Counted from the stretch's first letter, positions 10,072 through 20,832 are shown. The stretch is 64,000 bases of DNA from Bacteroidales bacterium (GCA_028698995.1 JAQVVM010000011.1:19243-83242); one strand, 5' to 3'. Notes: a model not told the origin generated them from the sequence alone. Numbers and translations are program-made.

Positions 10072-13000
10072 ATGTTAAGTTTTTACACTACTATTGATAA
10101 TAGAGCTACGAAATTAAATGATAGAAAATTAAAATATTGTGTTTATTTTAGGAATTGTATTTTATCCCTAATGTTTCTATTAACTAATTTTCTTCATGCC
10201 CAACAAATAATTGGTGTTTTTCCGGAAATGAATGGTAGTTTTTCACTGCAACCAGATACCTTAGCCAACATATCTGGGATAAGCGGACCTCAGATATACT
10301 GGACAACACAAGTTGCTGATAAGGGCATAGTGCGCGATACTGGAGGACGCTCTGATGATCATTATTTGGAGTTTGAGCATAATAGTACTACAAATATTAA
10401 ACGGATGTATTCTTCCACAGTAGGAACAAAGTTTAAACGAAATACGACTTATACGATTCAGTTCTATATGAAGGGAGATATGGATGGCGATTTTTCTTTT
10501 GCTGACGCTCTTCGTGTAGGCATTTCTCCAAACGGGACAAACAATATTGTTTACAGCCAATGGCTCCAATATCCTGATTTTCCTCAATGGGAAATGATGG
10601 CTGTAACTTTAACAACGGCCGATGTTGCAGAGACTAATGGCGTTATTGTATTTGAGGCTGTAAATAACCGATTGTTTTATTTTGACGACTTTGTTGTTTA
10701 TCCTGATACTTTTGATTATATCGCACCTTTACCGACTGATACAATGATTGTAAATAATACAACACTGAATTCAATTAACATATCCTGGACACCGCCACAA
10801 TGGGGCCTTGATAGTGGGGGTTACATGTTGGTTCGTTTCAAAGACTTTAAACCCGATGATGATGATGACCCAAATGAAAGAGGAATTTACAATGTAGGAG
10901 ATACAATTCAAGGGATATATGGCAATGGTGTAATTATTTACATGGGTACAGATACAAACTATTTTGATAACAACAACCTAAACCCTGCAACATCATACTG
11001 GTACAAACTGTATGTCGTTGACAAAGCTTTTAATTATTCAGAAGATTACAGTAAAAATGCCTATACCCTGAATACTTATCCTGAGATAGAAATAACCCAA
11101 AGTATCCAAGATTTTGGACTGGTACAGGTTGGTTCCTCATCTGTAGTTCAAAACTATACAGTTTCTTCAATAAATTTAATTGGTAATCTCCTGATTAGTG
11201 CACCTGATGGATTTCAGGTTTCAAATTATCCGGGCTCCGGCTTCTCATCAACATTGGAAATAAATCAAGTCGGAGGCATAGTCCCTGATACAACTGTTTA
11301 CATTAGATTTACACCATTATTAACAGGTTATTATTCTCCTGTTGTTTCTCATACCACACCTGCAGGTTATGAAAGCTTTCAGGTTACTGGTATTGGCCAT
11401 AAGAATGCTCCAACAGTTCAAGCTTCACTTGTTCATTGTATTGATGTCGGTTCGCGTTCAATGAATGTAAGATGGACAAAGGGCAATGGTGACACAAGAA
11501 TGGTAAAAGTTAATTCTATTAACTCATTTACAAATCCCGTTGACAGTACTTCTTATGCTGCCAATCCCTTATACACTTCCCCCGGAGAACAGGTTGTCTA
11601 TAAAGGGAGCGATTCTGTTTTTAATATTTATGGATTAAATCCCCAAACATCCTATTGGTTCAGGGTTTATGAATATAATAACATGGATACCTTGACCAAA
11701 TATCTCAGTACTACTTATACCCTCAATCCTAATACTTGCCAAACCGGTGCAGAAGATCCATTTTTTGAGGATTTTGAACAAGGTGACCTTGTAGGATATT
11801 TTGCCGATACAACAGTTCAACTCGAAAGTGGAAAATGGCGTTTTGCAAAATCTACTATTGGAACCACGAGTGTAGATAAGAAACGAGGTGCTAAATCGGC
11901 TAGGATTCAATTGGGTGGTTATATTGTTATGGACTTCAATAAACCAAAAGGCATTGAGTCAATATCCTTATATCATGGAAACTATCGTAACGATCAGGGA
12001 GGACGTTTTGTATTACAGTACTCAACCAATAATGGACAAAGTTTCCATCCCATTGGCTTTCCTGTCAACTGCAACTCAAATGGGCAAATGCAGAAGATTA
12101 CGTTCGATAGTGTAAATATTCAAGGACCAGTGCGGTTTTTGATTCAGGTGATTAATGGCAACAGGGTGAATATTGATGATATCTCAATTTCTGACTTTGT
12201 GTTAACAACATGGACGGGTTATGCAGATACTGTTTGGCATAATCACGACAACTGGAGCTATGGTATTCCCGATTCATCAAAAAGTGTTCTTATTCCTGCA
12301 GTTCCTCAGGGAAATCCAAATAACTTTCCGGTTGTTACTGCACCAAATGGAGTTTGTCTTAAACTTACCATAGAAAATGGGGGCAAGCTTACAATTAACC
12401 CAAATGCTTCTTTGACTGTTGAAGGCAAAATGATAACAAGGGATTCTCTTAAAATTTTATCTTCTGATGTTGGACATGGATCATTAATAACTTATGACAC
12501 TATTATAGGTAATGCCAAAATTTATCAATACAACAAAGGTAGTAACAGATTTAATGCTGTTGGTGTTCCAATGGCCGGAGCAACAAGTATTGTGTATGAT
12601 GCAGCATCAGGTAGCACAAAGCTTGAATACTTTACCCAGACAACCGGTGTGTGGACAGAAATCACAAATAACACAACGACTCTTACCCCATTAATGCGTG
12701 GTTATAATTATCGCACAACAACACCTAAAAATGTCCTTTTTAATGGAAAACCAAATAACTTCGGATACAATATTGAATTAAGCCGAAACCCGGTTTCTTC
12801 TAAGGCAGGGTTTAATTTTATTGCCAATCCATATCCTTCGGGTATCGATTTTAACAGTGATTCTTTGCAAACAGATTTCCTTGTTCATAAAACATACTGG
12901 ATGCTACAAAATCAGACCTTCTCTGTTTATAATGGCAATGCTAAAATTGGAATACCCCGTCAGGTAAGCAATTTAATTCCTCCTATGCAAGGTTTCTTTG

Positions 13001-16000
13001 TTAAACTCGACACACCCTTTGTTTCTAAACAAATGGTTTTCAACAATTATGTGCGAAAACACCATACTGATGCTCCTGATACTTCTGTTTATAATCCCAT
13101 GATTTTCAGAATTAAAACCAATCAGCAGGGTCAGTCTTTCTATGATGAAATTGCCATAGCCTTTTTTAACAGTGCATCTGACACTCTTGATGTGTATGAT
13201 TCCCAAAAATTGTTTTCTATTGAGCCAAGTATGCCTCAGATTTATACGATGATAGAAAATGACAGCATCAGTATTAACTCAAATGCAGAATTACTTAACA
13301 ATATTTCATTTCCTTTAGGTTTTAAAACCACGAACACCTCTAACTTCACTTTTGAAGCGATTTTTGATGATTATGACAAAAACTTCCCTGTTTTTCTTGA
13401 AGATAAAGTCCTATCAACAATGACAGATTTACGTGCTGATAGTTTATACAACTTTAGTAATAATCCTGTAAACGACACAAATCGTTTTGTTCTTCATTTT
13501 TTCCCTTGCTTTATTACCCCATTTGATTTTACTACTTCAGGAATATATTGTGAAAATTCGGGTGGTGTTGATATTCAACTGAATGGCTCTGAAATAAACG
13601 TAAATTATCAATTATATAAGAATGGTATTGCCGAAGGAAGCCCAATTTCAGGAACAGGTTTTCCTCTTACATGGAATAATATGACCCAAGCAAGTTATAC
13701 TGTGGTTGCAAATAGTTCTATTATTCAAGGTTGTTATTTCAACTTTACAGATACTGCTGTTGTTGAAGAAATCCCTTTACCTGCTCCTTATATTCTTGAG
13801 CCTGTAACTCTTGATACTTATTGCGATGGTACTTCCGGTACAGAATTGAAAATAAGTAGTTCAGAAACAAATACTTTTTACCAATTATATAAAAATAATT
13901 CTGTTTATGGAAGTCCTGTTTCCGGTAACGGATCAGAACTTATATGGGACAGCTTGCAAGCAGGCTCTTACTATTTACTTGCTATAACAAATACATCACC
14001 CCAATGTCAGTTATATCTTTCAGATACTGTTAATGTGACTATGCTTGCAGCACCTACTGTATTTACTTTAACAGGCTCAGGAGATTTTTGTGAAGGAGAC
14101 GGTGGTTGGCTGGAACTATCTGATTCTGAAATTGGTAAAAGTTATCAACTGAAAAAAGGACCAAATAATATTGGAAGTGCTTATACAGGTACAGGTAACC
14201 CATTAACTTGGAGCAATATTTATGTGGCAGGTGACTATTATGTTATTGCTTCTGATGACAATACACTCTGTACTGTTTCCATGTCCGATACTATCAGTAT
14301 AAATGAAATACCATCCCCAACAGCATATAATCTTTTTGGAGGAGGAACATTCTGTGACGGACAAGGGGTATTAGGCCTTGAGAATTCACAGACTTTTGTT
14401 TACTATCAACTTATTCGAGATCTTTTTTATTATGAAGGTGCTCCGGTATTGGGAACAGGAGATACTATTTATTGGAATAACCTTGGTGCAGGACTCTATC
14501 AAGTAGAGGCTTACACAAATTCTACCCCTGCTTGTGAGGGTGATATGATGGGGTTAATTCAAATTGATGTAACACCTGCCCCAACAGTTTATAATGTTTC
14601 TTCAGGAGGTAGCTACTGTCCTGCAGACAACGGTGTTAGCGTATTTTTGAATGGTTCAGCAAATGGTTTTACTTATCAATTGTATAAAAATGGTGTTATT
14701 CATGGCAATGTTGTAAATGGAACAGGGCTACCTTTAGCATGGCATAATTTATTGGCAGGAACCTATACTGTAATTGCAACAGATATGTCATCTCCCTACT
14801 GTTGGTCAACAATGAATGGAACTGCAGTTGTAGAGCAAAGCCAAACTCCTGTTATATATCAACTTAGTGGCGGCGGCTCTTATTGTGCAGGTGGATCAGG
14901 TTCAAACGTTATTTTGAACAATTCTCAAACAGGTGTAACATACCAACTTTATTTAGGAGGTAACCCTGTGGGTAGTGCAGTAGCAGGCACAGGAAGTCAA
15001 CTGGAATGGACTAATTTAATGGGAGGTACTTATATTGTTATGGCAACTATGGATGCTGCTCCAAATTGTGCAGAAACTATGACGGGTAGCATAACAATAA
15101 CTGAAGTGAGTGCCCCAATTATTTATAATTTTATAGGTTCCGGAAGTTATTGTGTTGGTGCATCTGGTTTAACCGCAACTCTGGTAAATTCGCAATCAGG
15201 TGTTAATTATCAATTATATAAGGATGGTGTTGCACAAGGAACCCCGGTTACTGGAACAGGCAATGCACTCCCATGGAATAATCTATTGACTGGTGCTTAT
15301 ACCATTGTTGCTACGATTGGAGGCTCCCAATGTTCTTCTAATATGAATGGAAGTGTTGTTATTTCACAAGTTAATAATCCATCTGTATTTAATCTTAGTG
15401 GCGGTGGCTCGTATTGTTCAGGTAGCACTTTATTAAGTGTAACACTTTCAGGTTCTCAGACTGGAGTTAATTATCAATTATTCAAAGGTGGTTTTGCTGA
15501 GGGCAGTGCTAATCCTGGTACAGGAAATCAATTAGTGTGGAATAATCTTTCTGCTGGTACATATACTGTTGTTGCTACAATGAATAGTGCTCCTTATTGT
15601 ACTTCAAATATGACCGGAAGTGTTTTAATTACCATGGTTAATAATCCAACAGTGTTTAACCTTAGTGGTGGTGGCTCGTATTGTTCAGGTGGTACATTAT
15701 TAAGCGTTACACTCTCTGGCTCTCAGATTGGTGTTAACTATCAGTTATACAAAGGTGGTGTTGCAGAGGGTAGTGTTGTTCCGGGTACAGGAAATCAATT
15801 AATTTGGAATAATCTTGCTGCTGGTACTTATAATGTTATTGCTACAATGAATAGCACTCCATTTTGCACTTCAAATATGACCGGAAGTGTTTTAATTACT
15901 ATGGTTAATAATCCAACAGTGTTTAACCTTAGTGGTGGTGGTTCATATTGCTCAGGTGGCTCATTGTTAAGTGTTACGCTTTCTGGTTCTCAAATTGGTG

Positions 16001-19000
16001 TTAACTATCAATTGTTTAAAAATGGTATTGCAGAGGGCAGTGTTGTTTCTGGCACAGGAAACCAATTAGTTTGGAGCAATCTATCTGCTGGAACTTATAC
16101 TGTTGTGGCAACTATGACTACCTCTCCATTTTGTTCATCAAACATGATTGGTAGTATCGTAATTACTCAGGTCTCTAATCCTGCTATTTATAATTTAACC
16201 AGTGGAGGTAATTATTGTCAGGGAACACCGGGATCGAGCCTTACATTAAGTGATTCTGATACTGGAGTCAATTATCAATTATATAAAAACAGTTTGTCTT
16301 ATGGTTCTACTATTCCCGGTACAGGAAATCAAATTACATGGAATTTCTTAACTGCAGGCACTTACACTGTTGTTGCCACAATGGCCAATGCGCCCTATTG
16401 TTCCTCAGATATGACTGGTAGTATTGTGATAGCTGAGGTAAGTAATCCGACAGTGTTTAATTTAAGTGGAGGTGGATCTTATTGTGCCGGTGGTACATTG
16501 TTAAGTGTAACTCTTTCAGGATCTCAGACCGGTGTAAATTATCAATTATTCAAAGATGGAATTGCTGAGGGTAGCGTTGTTCCGGGCACAGCAACTCAAT
16601 TAATTTGGAATAATCTTGCTGCTGGTACTTATACTGTTGTGGCAACATTAAGTAGTTCTCCTTATTGCATTTCTAATATGTTAAATAGTATTGTGATTAC
16701 AGAAATCACTAACCCCACAATATATACATTAAGCGGGAATGGCAATTATTGTCAGGGAACGTCAGGATCAACACTTACATTAAGTGATTCTGATACAGGG
16801 GTAAATTATCAATTATTTAAAAATAGTACAGCTTATGGTTCTTTTATTGCAGGAACAGGTAATCCCATTGTATGGAATAATCTGACGGCAGGCACTTATT
16901 CAGTTGTTGCAACCTTAGTTTCTTCCCCTTATTGCTCATCCAATATGTCAGGAAATATCGTTGTTGCCGAAACACCTCTGCAAAGTGTTAATGCGGGTAT
17001 CGATCAGAATATTGTTTATGGTTCTTCCACAACAATTACCGCAATTGTATCAGGAGGCAGTGGCAATTTTACATATCAATGGCAACCTTCAATATCTGTA
17101 ATCAGTCCGAATAGCGCATCTACATCAACTGCAACTTTATTAGTAAATACACAGTTTATTGTATATGTTACTGATGTAAATACTACATGCATCCAGTCTG
17201 ATACTGTTTTAATTACTGTTTTTGGTGGTCCATTAACTGCCGGTGCTCAGGCTAATCCTACCCTCAATTGTGAAGGAGACACTGTGGCTTTATCTGCAAT
17301 AGCTAATGGTGGAACTGGCTCTTATACTTATTCGTGGTCATCAATTCCTTCCGGTTTTTCATCTAATAGTCCAAGCCCAATAGCAATGCCCACTGTAAAT
17401 ACAACTTATACCGTCCTAATTAACGACGGTAACAGCGCAGAAACAGCAAGTGTTAGTGTCATGGTAACAAATAAACCGGATATCTACTTCTTATCTGGTG
17501 ATGGTTCTTATTGTATTGGTGGAAGCGGTTTGTCTGTATTCTTAAGCAATTCACAAAGCAATGTATTTTATCAATTGTATCAAAATGGTGTCGCTTATGG
17601 ACAGCCTATCCCTGGTGTAGATTCAACCCTGATTTGGACAGGTTTACCAAATGGTACCTATACAGTAAGTGGAAGCTTTGATTATTCCCCTTACTGCACT
17701 GCTCTCATGAGTGGCTCCGTTGTGATTACAACAACACCTAATCCTTCTGTGTTTAATTTAAGTGGTGGTGGTTCTTATTGTCAGGGTGGAACAGGTTTAT
17801 CTGTTTCCTTAAACAGCTCGGTAACTGGAGTGAATTATCAATTATTTAGAAATGGTGTTGCATATGGTTCTGTTGTTTCCGGAACCGGAACCACTTTAAC
17901 ATGGAATAACCTCCCTGCTGGCAATTATACAGCAACAGCTTCTCTTTCTTCCTCGCCATTCTGCTCCTCAAATATGACAGGCACTGTAGTAATAACCGAA
18001 GTATCAGGACCTACAGTTTATCTGTTAAGTGGTGGCGGAGGTTATTGTGCCGGCACATCTGGACTAACCGTTATACTAAGTAACTCTCAGACATCTGCAT
18101 CATATCAGTTGTTTAAAAATAGTGTAGCATTGGGAAGTGCCGTAAACGGAACAGGTAGCTCGCTCTCTTGGACAAACCTATTAGCTGGTACTTATACAGT
18201 AGTTGCAACATTAATAGCTTCACCAAATTGTACCTCTAATATGAATGGCAGTATTAATATTTATGAAAACCCGCTTCCAATAATTAATGCAGGTAATAAT
18301 CAAAATATATTCTACGGTACTTCAACATCTCTTAATGTTACTGTAAGTGGAGGTGGTTCTTATACTTATGGATGGACACCGGCATCTTCAGTTGTAAACC
18401 CAACGGCACAGACAACAATGACTCAAATTCTTTACAACACTACTGAATTTATTGTATTGGTTACTAACACAAATACAGGATGTTCTCAAAAAGACACTGT
18501 AATAGTGTCAGTTTCAGGTACCGGACTGGCCGTTACACCTTCTGGTCAACCGTCTCTTATTTGTCCCGGAGATACTTTCTACTTGAATGCAGTTGCTACT
18601 GGTGGTAGCACCTCATACTCCTATGCTTGGTCATCAAACCCTGCTGGATTTACCTCTACATCCGCCTCTACTTATCACTTACCTTCAGTAAATACAACTT
18701 ACACTGTTATTGTTAATGATGGGTATAATGTAGTGTCTGGACAAGTTTCAGTAAATGTTGGTGTTGTACCTCAAGTATTTAACCTCTCTTCCGGTGGCAA
18801 TTATTGTCATAGTTCCTCTGGTGTCAGTATAACGCTTAACGGTTCCCAAACGGGTGTTAATTATCAACTGTATAAAAATGGTTCAGTACAAGGAATGTCT
18901 CTTGCTGGTACTGGATTTTCATTGACATGGGATAATCAACTTGCTGGTTCCTACTCAGTAACAGCTACTTCTGTAGCAGCACCATATTGTTCAATACAAA

Positions 19001-20265
19001 TGTCTGGAACTGCTGTTATTAACCAATATCCACAAACCCCGGTGACCTTCAATCCGGTTGGTAATTTTTGTAATGATGATGATGAACAGCTTCTTAATGG
19101 CTCACCTTTGGGAGGTTCATTTTCCGGAACAGGCGTAAATGCAGGATATTTCTATCCGGTTAACACGACTCCTGGTGTTCATGTCCTGTCTTATACAATT
19201 ACAGATGCCAACAGTTGTATAGAAAGCGCCCAACAAAGTGTTACAATTTATGGTTTACCTGTTGTAAATATTAGCACAATCAACGACATCTGTATATCTG
19301 AGTCTCCATTCCTATTAACTGGTGGTGTGCCTCTGGGTGGGTATTATCAAGGTAATGGTATTTTTAATGACACTCTCTATCCGGATTCTCTTGGAGCAGG
19401 ATTGCATGATGTTACCTATTGGTATATGGATGCTCATTCGTGCAGTAATTCAGATACGGCTTCAATTCGTATTTACCCGTTCCCAGCTCCTTACACATTG
19501 ACAACCAATGGGCAATACTGCCCGGGAACAAATGGTACAAGCCTTATCTTAAATTCTTCTGAAAATGGAGTGAGCTATCAGCTTTACAAAGATGGAGTTG
19601 CATTCGGAAACGCAGTTTCCGGAAGTGGTAATCCAATAACATGGGACAACTTGCTGAACGGACAATATTATATCTGGGGATTTTACCCCTCAGCAACAGA
19701 TTGTGAAACATTCATGAACAACATTGTGATGATTAATGAGTCAACACCTCCTTCTGTTTATTTAGGAAGCGATACAACCTTATGTTTAAATCAAAATATT
19801 GAGCTTGCTGCTCACGTTGGTTATACATATTTCTGGATTAAATTACCAAGTGATACCCTTGATACAATTAATAACATATTGGTTGATTATGCGATGAACG
19901 GTTTAGGAACACAATCTTATGTGATTGTCCTGATTGACCAGAATAACTGTATCAGTACCGACACTATTAATATTACTTTTGATAATTGTGTAGGTATCCA
20001 CGATTCTGAAAATGCTCTTTTTATGGTTTATCCCAATCCTTCCAGTAATAAGTTCACGGTTTCATATAAAGACCTGCTTCCTGACAATTATACAATATCA
20101 ATTAGTAATATGTTAAGTCAGGTGATGATTGAAAAACAAGTTAGAGTTGATAATAAAGAGGGTACACTTGAAATAGATATCAGAGCTCTGTCAAAGGGTG
20201 TTTACAATTTGTCACTAAGAAATCAGAGTGTTTTACTGGGTAATATTAAGGTTATTGTGAATTAA
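10072..20265 (+). CDS. Giant (3397 aa) T9SS type A cargo, repeat-rich adhesin-like surface protein
   Basis: Single ATG-initiated ORF. The N-terminus has a basic n-region and hydrophobic core (KYCVYFRNCILSLMFLLTNFLHAQQ). Two FN3-like segments are present (NISWTPP...YWYKLYVVD and MNVRWTKGNG...YWFRVYEYN). There are 18 copies of an 89-aa two-Cys repeat plus interspersed Ig-like pairs (YTYQWQPS, YTYSWSS, YTYGWTP, YSYAWSS). The C-terminus VYPNPSSNKFTVSY...GVYNLSLRN...IKVIVN matches the Por secretion tail (type A CTD). Confidence 0.9.
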   Translation: MLSFYTTIDNRATKLNDRKLKYCVYFRNCILSLMFLLTNFLHAQQIIGVFPEMNGSFSLQPDTLANISGISGPQIYWTTQVADKGIVRDTGGRSDDHYLEFEHNSTTNIKRMYSSTVGTKFKRNTTYTIQFYMKGDMDGDFSFADALRVGISPNGTNNIVYSQWLQYPDFPQWEMMAVTLTTADVAETNGVIVFEAVNNRLFYFDDFVVYPDTFDYIAPLPTDTMIVNNTTLNSINISWTPPQWGLDSGGYMLVRFKDFKPDDDDDPNERGIYNVGDTIQGIYGNGVIIYMGTDTNYFDNNNLNPATSYWYKLYVVDKAFNYSEDYSKNAYTLNTYPEIEITQSIQDFGLVQVGSSSVVQNYTVSSINLIGNLLISAPDGFQVSNYPGSGFSSTLEINQVGGIVPDTTVYIRFTPLLTGYYSPVVSHTTPAGYESFQVTGIGHKNAPTVQASLVHCIDVGSRSMNVRWTKGNGDTRMVKVNSINSFTNPVDSTSYAANPLYTSPGEQVVYKGSDSVFNIYGLNPQTSYWFRVYEYNNMDTLTKYLSTTYTLNPNTCQTGAEDPFFEDFEQGDLVGYFADTTVQLESGKWRFAKSTIGTTSVDKKRGAKSARIQLGGYIVMDFNKPKGIESISLYHGNYRNDQGGRFVLQYSTNNGQSFHPIGFPVNCNSNGQMQKITFDSVNIQGPVRFLIQVINGNRVNIDDISISDFVLTTWTGYADTVWHNHDNWSYGIPDSSKSVLIPAVPQGNPNNFPVVTAPNGVCLKLTIENGGKLTINPNASLTVEGKMITRDSLKILSSDVGHGSLITYDTIIGNAKIYQYNKGSNRFNAVGVPMAGATSIVYDAASGSTKLEYFTQTTGVWTEITNNTTTLTPLMRGYNYRTTTPKNVLFNGKPNNFGYNIELSRNPVSSKAGFNFIANPYPSGIDFNSDSLQTDFLVHKTYWMLQNQTFSVYNGNAKIGIPRQVSNLIPPMQGFFVKLDTPFVSKQMVFNNYVRKHHTDAPDTSVYNPMIFRIKTNQQGQSFYDEIAIAFFNSASDTLDVYDSQKLFSIEPSMPQIYTMIENDSISINSNAELLNNISFPLGFKTTNTSNFTFEAIFDDYDKNFPVFLEDKVLSTMTDLRADSLYNFSNNPVNDTNRFVLHFFPCFITPFDFTTSGIYCENSGGVDIQLNGSEINVNYQLYKNGIAEGSPISGTGFPLTWNNMTQASYTVVANSSIIQGCYFNFTDTAVVEEIPLPAPYILEPVTLDTYCDGTSGTELKISSSETNTFYQLYKNNSVYGSPVSGNGSELIWDSLQAGSYYLLAITNTSPQCQLYLSDTVNVTMLAAPTVFTLTGSGDFCEGDGGWLELSDSEIGKSYQLKKGPNNIGSAYTGTGNPLTWSNIYVAGDYYVIASDDNTLCTVSMSDTISINEIPSPTAYNLFGGGTFCDGQGVLGLENSQTFVYYQLIRDLFYYEGAPVLGTGDTIYWNNLGAGLYQVEAYTNSTPACEGDMMGLIQIDVTPAPTVYNVSSGGSYCPADNGVSVFLNGSANGFTYQLYKNGVIHGNVVNGTGLPLAWHNLLAGTYTVIATDMSSPYCWSTMNGTAVVEQSQTPVIYQLSGGGSYCAGGSGSNVILNNSQTGVTYQLYLGGNPVGSAVAGTGSQLEWTNLMGGTYIVMATMDAAPNCAETMTGSITITEVSAPIIYNFIGSGSYCVGASGLTATLVNSQSGVNYQLYKDGVAQGTPVTGTGNALPWNNLLTGAYTIVATIGGSQCSSNMNGSVVISQVNNPSVFNLSGGGSYCSGSTLLSVTLSGSQTGVNYQLFKGGFAEGSANPGTGNQLVWNNLSAGTYTVVATMNSAPYCTSNMTGSVLITMVNNPTVFNLSGGGSYCSGGTLLSVTLSGSQIGVNYQLYKGGVAEGSVVPGTGNQLIWNNLAAGTYNVIATMNSTPFCTSNMTGSVLITMVNNPTVFNLSGGGSYCSGGSLLSVTLSGSQIGVNYQLFKNGIAEGSVVSGTGNQLVWSNLSAGTYTVVATMTTSPFCSSNMIGSIVITQVSNPAIYNLTSGGNYCQGTPGSSLTLSDSDTGVNYQLYKNSLSYGSTIPGTGNQITWNFLTAGTYTVVATMANAPYCSSDMTGSIVIAEVSNPTVFNLSGGGSYCAGGTLLSVTLSGSQTGVNYQLFKDGIAEGSVVPGTATQLIWNNLAAGTYTVVATLSSSPYCISNMLNSIVITEITNPTIYTLSGNGNYCQGTSGSTLTLSDSDTGVNYQLFKNSTAYGSFIAGTGNPIVWNNLTAGTYSVVATLVSSPYCSSNMSGNIVVAETPLQSVNAGIDQNIVYGSSTTITAIVSGGSGNFTYQWQPSISVISPNSASTSTATLLVNTQFIVYVTDVNTTCIQSDTVLITVFGGPLTAGAQANPTLNCEGDTVALSAIANGGTGSYTYSWSSIPSGFSSNSPSPIAMPTVNTTYTVLINDGNSAETASVSVMVTNKPDIYFLSGDGSYCIGGSGLSVFLSNSQSNVFYQLYQNGVAYGQPIPGVDSTLIWTGLPNGTYTVSGSFDYSPYCTALMSGSVVITTTPNPSVFNLSGGGSYCQGGTGLSVSLNSSVTGVNYQLFRNGVAYGSVVSGTGTTLTWNNLPAGNYTATASLSSSPFCSSNMTGTVVITEVSGPTVYLLSGGGGYCAGTSGLTVILSNSQTSASYQLFKNSVALGSAVNGTGSSLSWTNLLAGTYTVVATLIASPNCTSNMNGSINIYENPLPIINAGNNQNIFYGTSTSLNVTVSGGGSYTYGWTPASSVVNPTAQTTMTQILYNTTEFIVLVTNTNTGCSQKDTVIVSVSGTGLAVTPSGQPSLICPGDTFYLNAVATGGSTSYSYAWSSNPAGFTSTSASTYHLPSVNTTYTVIVNDGYNVVSGQVSVNVGVVPQVFNLSSGGNYCHSSSGVSITLNGSQTGVNYQLYKNGSVQGMSLAGTGFSLTWDNQLAGSYSVTATSVAAPYCSIQMSGTAVINQYPQTPVTFNPVGNFCNDDDEQLLNGSPLGGSFSGTGVNAGYFYPVNTTPGVHVLSYTITDANSCIESAQQSVTIYGLPVVNISTINDICISESPFLLTGGVPLGGYYQGNGIFNDTLYPDSLGAGLHDVTYWYMDAHSCSNSDTASIRIYPFPAPYTLTTNGQYCPGTNGTSLILNSSENGVSYQLYKDGVAFGNAVSGSGNPITWDNLLNGQYYIWGFYPSATDCETFMNNIVMINESTPPSVYLGSDTTLCLNQNIELAAHVGYTYFWIKLPSDTLDTINNILVDYAMNGLGTQSYVIVLIDQNNCISTDTINITFDNCVGIHDSENALFMVYPNPSSNKFTVSYKDLLPDNYTISISNMLSQVMIEKQVRVDNKEGTLEIDIRALSKGVYNLSLRNQSVLLGNIKVIVN
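13510..16980 (+). repeat. Thirteen consecutive in-frame 267-bp (89-aa) tandem repeats
   Basis: The motif GTTAATAATCC recurs at 15370, 15637 and 15904, and the equivalent position falls at 16438, giving an exact 267-nt period. The protein pattern is P.V[FY].L.GGG.YC.G.....V.L..S..GVNYQL[YF]K.G.A.GS...GTGN.L.W.NL.AGTY.VVAT....P[YF]C.S.M.GS. Positions 15611..15674 and 15878..15941 match at 63 of 64 nt. Confidence 0.9.
17473..18270 (+). repeat. Three further copies of the same 89-aa repeat (single copies also at about 18763..19035 and 19483..19745)
   Basis: The same ...GGSYC.GG.GLSV.L..S...V.YQL[YF].NGVAYG... pattern appears. These copies are separated from the main array by a pair of Ig-like domains, and that pair is itself duplicated downstream. 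Confidence 0.8.
20015..20262 (+). other. T9SS type A C-terminal sorting domain (Por_Secre_tail-like) of the 3397-aa protein
   Basis: FMVYPNPSSNKFTVSYKDLLPDNYTISISNMLSQVMIEKQV...LEIDIRALSKGVYNLSLRNQSVLLGNIKVIVN. Confidence 0.8.
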
Positions 20266-20277
20266 TTTTCAGAATTA

Positions 20278-20742
20278 ATGATTATTATTGATAAGAGTTT
20301 GATTGATGTAGTCTCAGAAAAGGCTAAGATTGCATCACGTAAAAGAATGAATCATAATTTTCATGTTCAGGAAGATGATGTTATTCAAAGATTGCTTAAT
20401 GCAATGGAACCTGATACTTATGTCAGACCACACAAACACGAAAACCCCGATAAAAGAGAAGTCTTTATTATCCTTAAAGGGATGATTGCCATTGTCATTT
20501 TTAATGACGTTGGAAAGGTAACAGAAAAGATTATTATGAACAGAAAAAGTGGTGTATATGGTGTTGAAATACCTGCACGTAAATGGCACACACTCGTTTC
20601 ATTGGAAACAGGATCTGTTTTGTATGAAATTAAAGACGGACCCTATAATGCTATGAATGATAAAATTTTTGCTGACTGGGCTCCGGATGAAGGATCAGAA
20701 GATGCTAAGGCATTTCTTAAAAATATTATTGAAAAAATATAA
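20278..20742 (+). CDS. WbuC-family cupin-fold protein
   Basis: 154 aa, starting 12 nt after the giant gene. The pattern SRKRMNHNFH....DVIQRLLNAM.PDTYVRPHKH.....REVFIILKG......F.D.G matches my recollection of the WbuC cupin family. Confidence 0.6.
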   Translation: MIIIDKSLIDVVSEKAKIASRKRMNHNFHVQEDDVIQRLLNAMEPDTYVRPHKHENPDKREVFIILKGMIAIVIFNDVGKVTEKIIMNRKSGVYGVEIPARKWHTLVSLETGSVLYEIKDGPYNAMNDKIFADWAPDEGSEDAKAFLKNIIEKI

Positions 20743-20832
20743 AGGGAGCAATAATGAATTATAAAATTCAAATTATTTTATGTTTTTACTACCTAACGAT
20801 AATCAATTATTTTAACTTCTTAAAAATTGCAA

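Noticed and set aside
13510-19745. Regular 267-bp periodicity that could be mistaken for a CRISPR or satellite array
   Set aside because: The units are contiguous with no unique spacers, lie in one continuous 3397-aa reading frame, and are conserved at protein level. They are coding domain repeats, and no cas genes are present.
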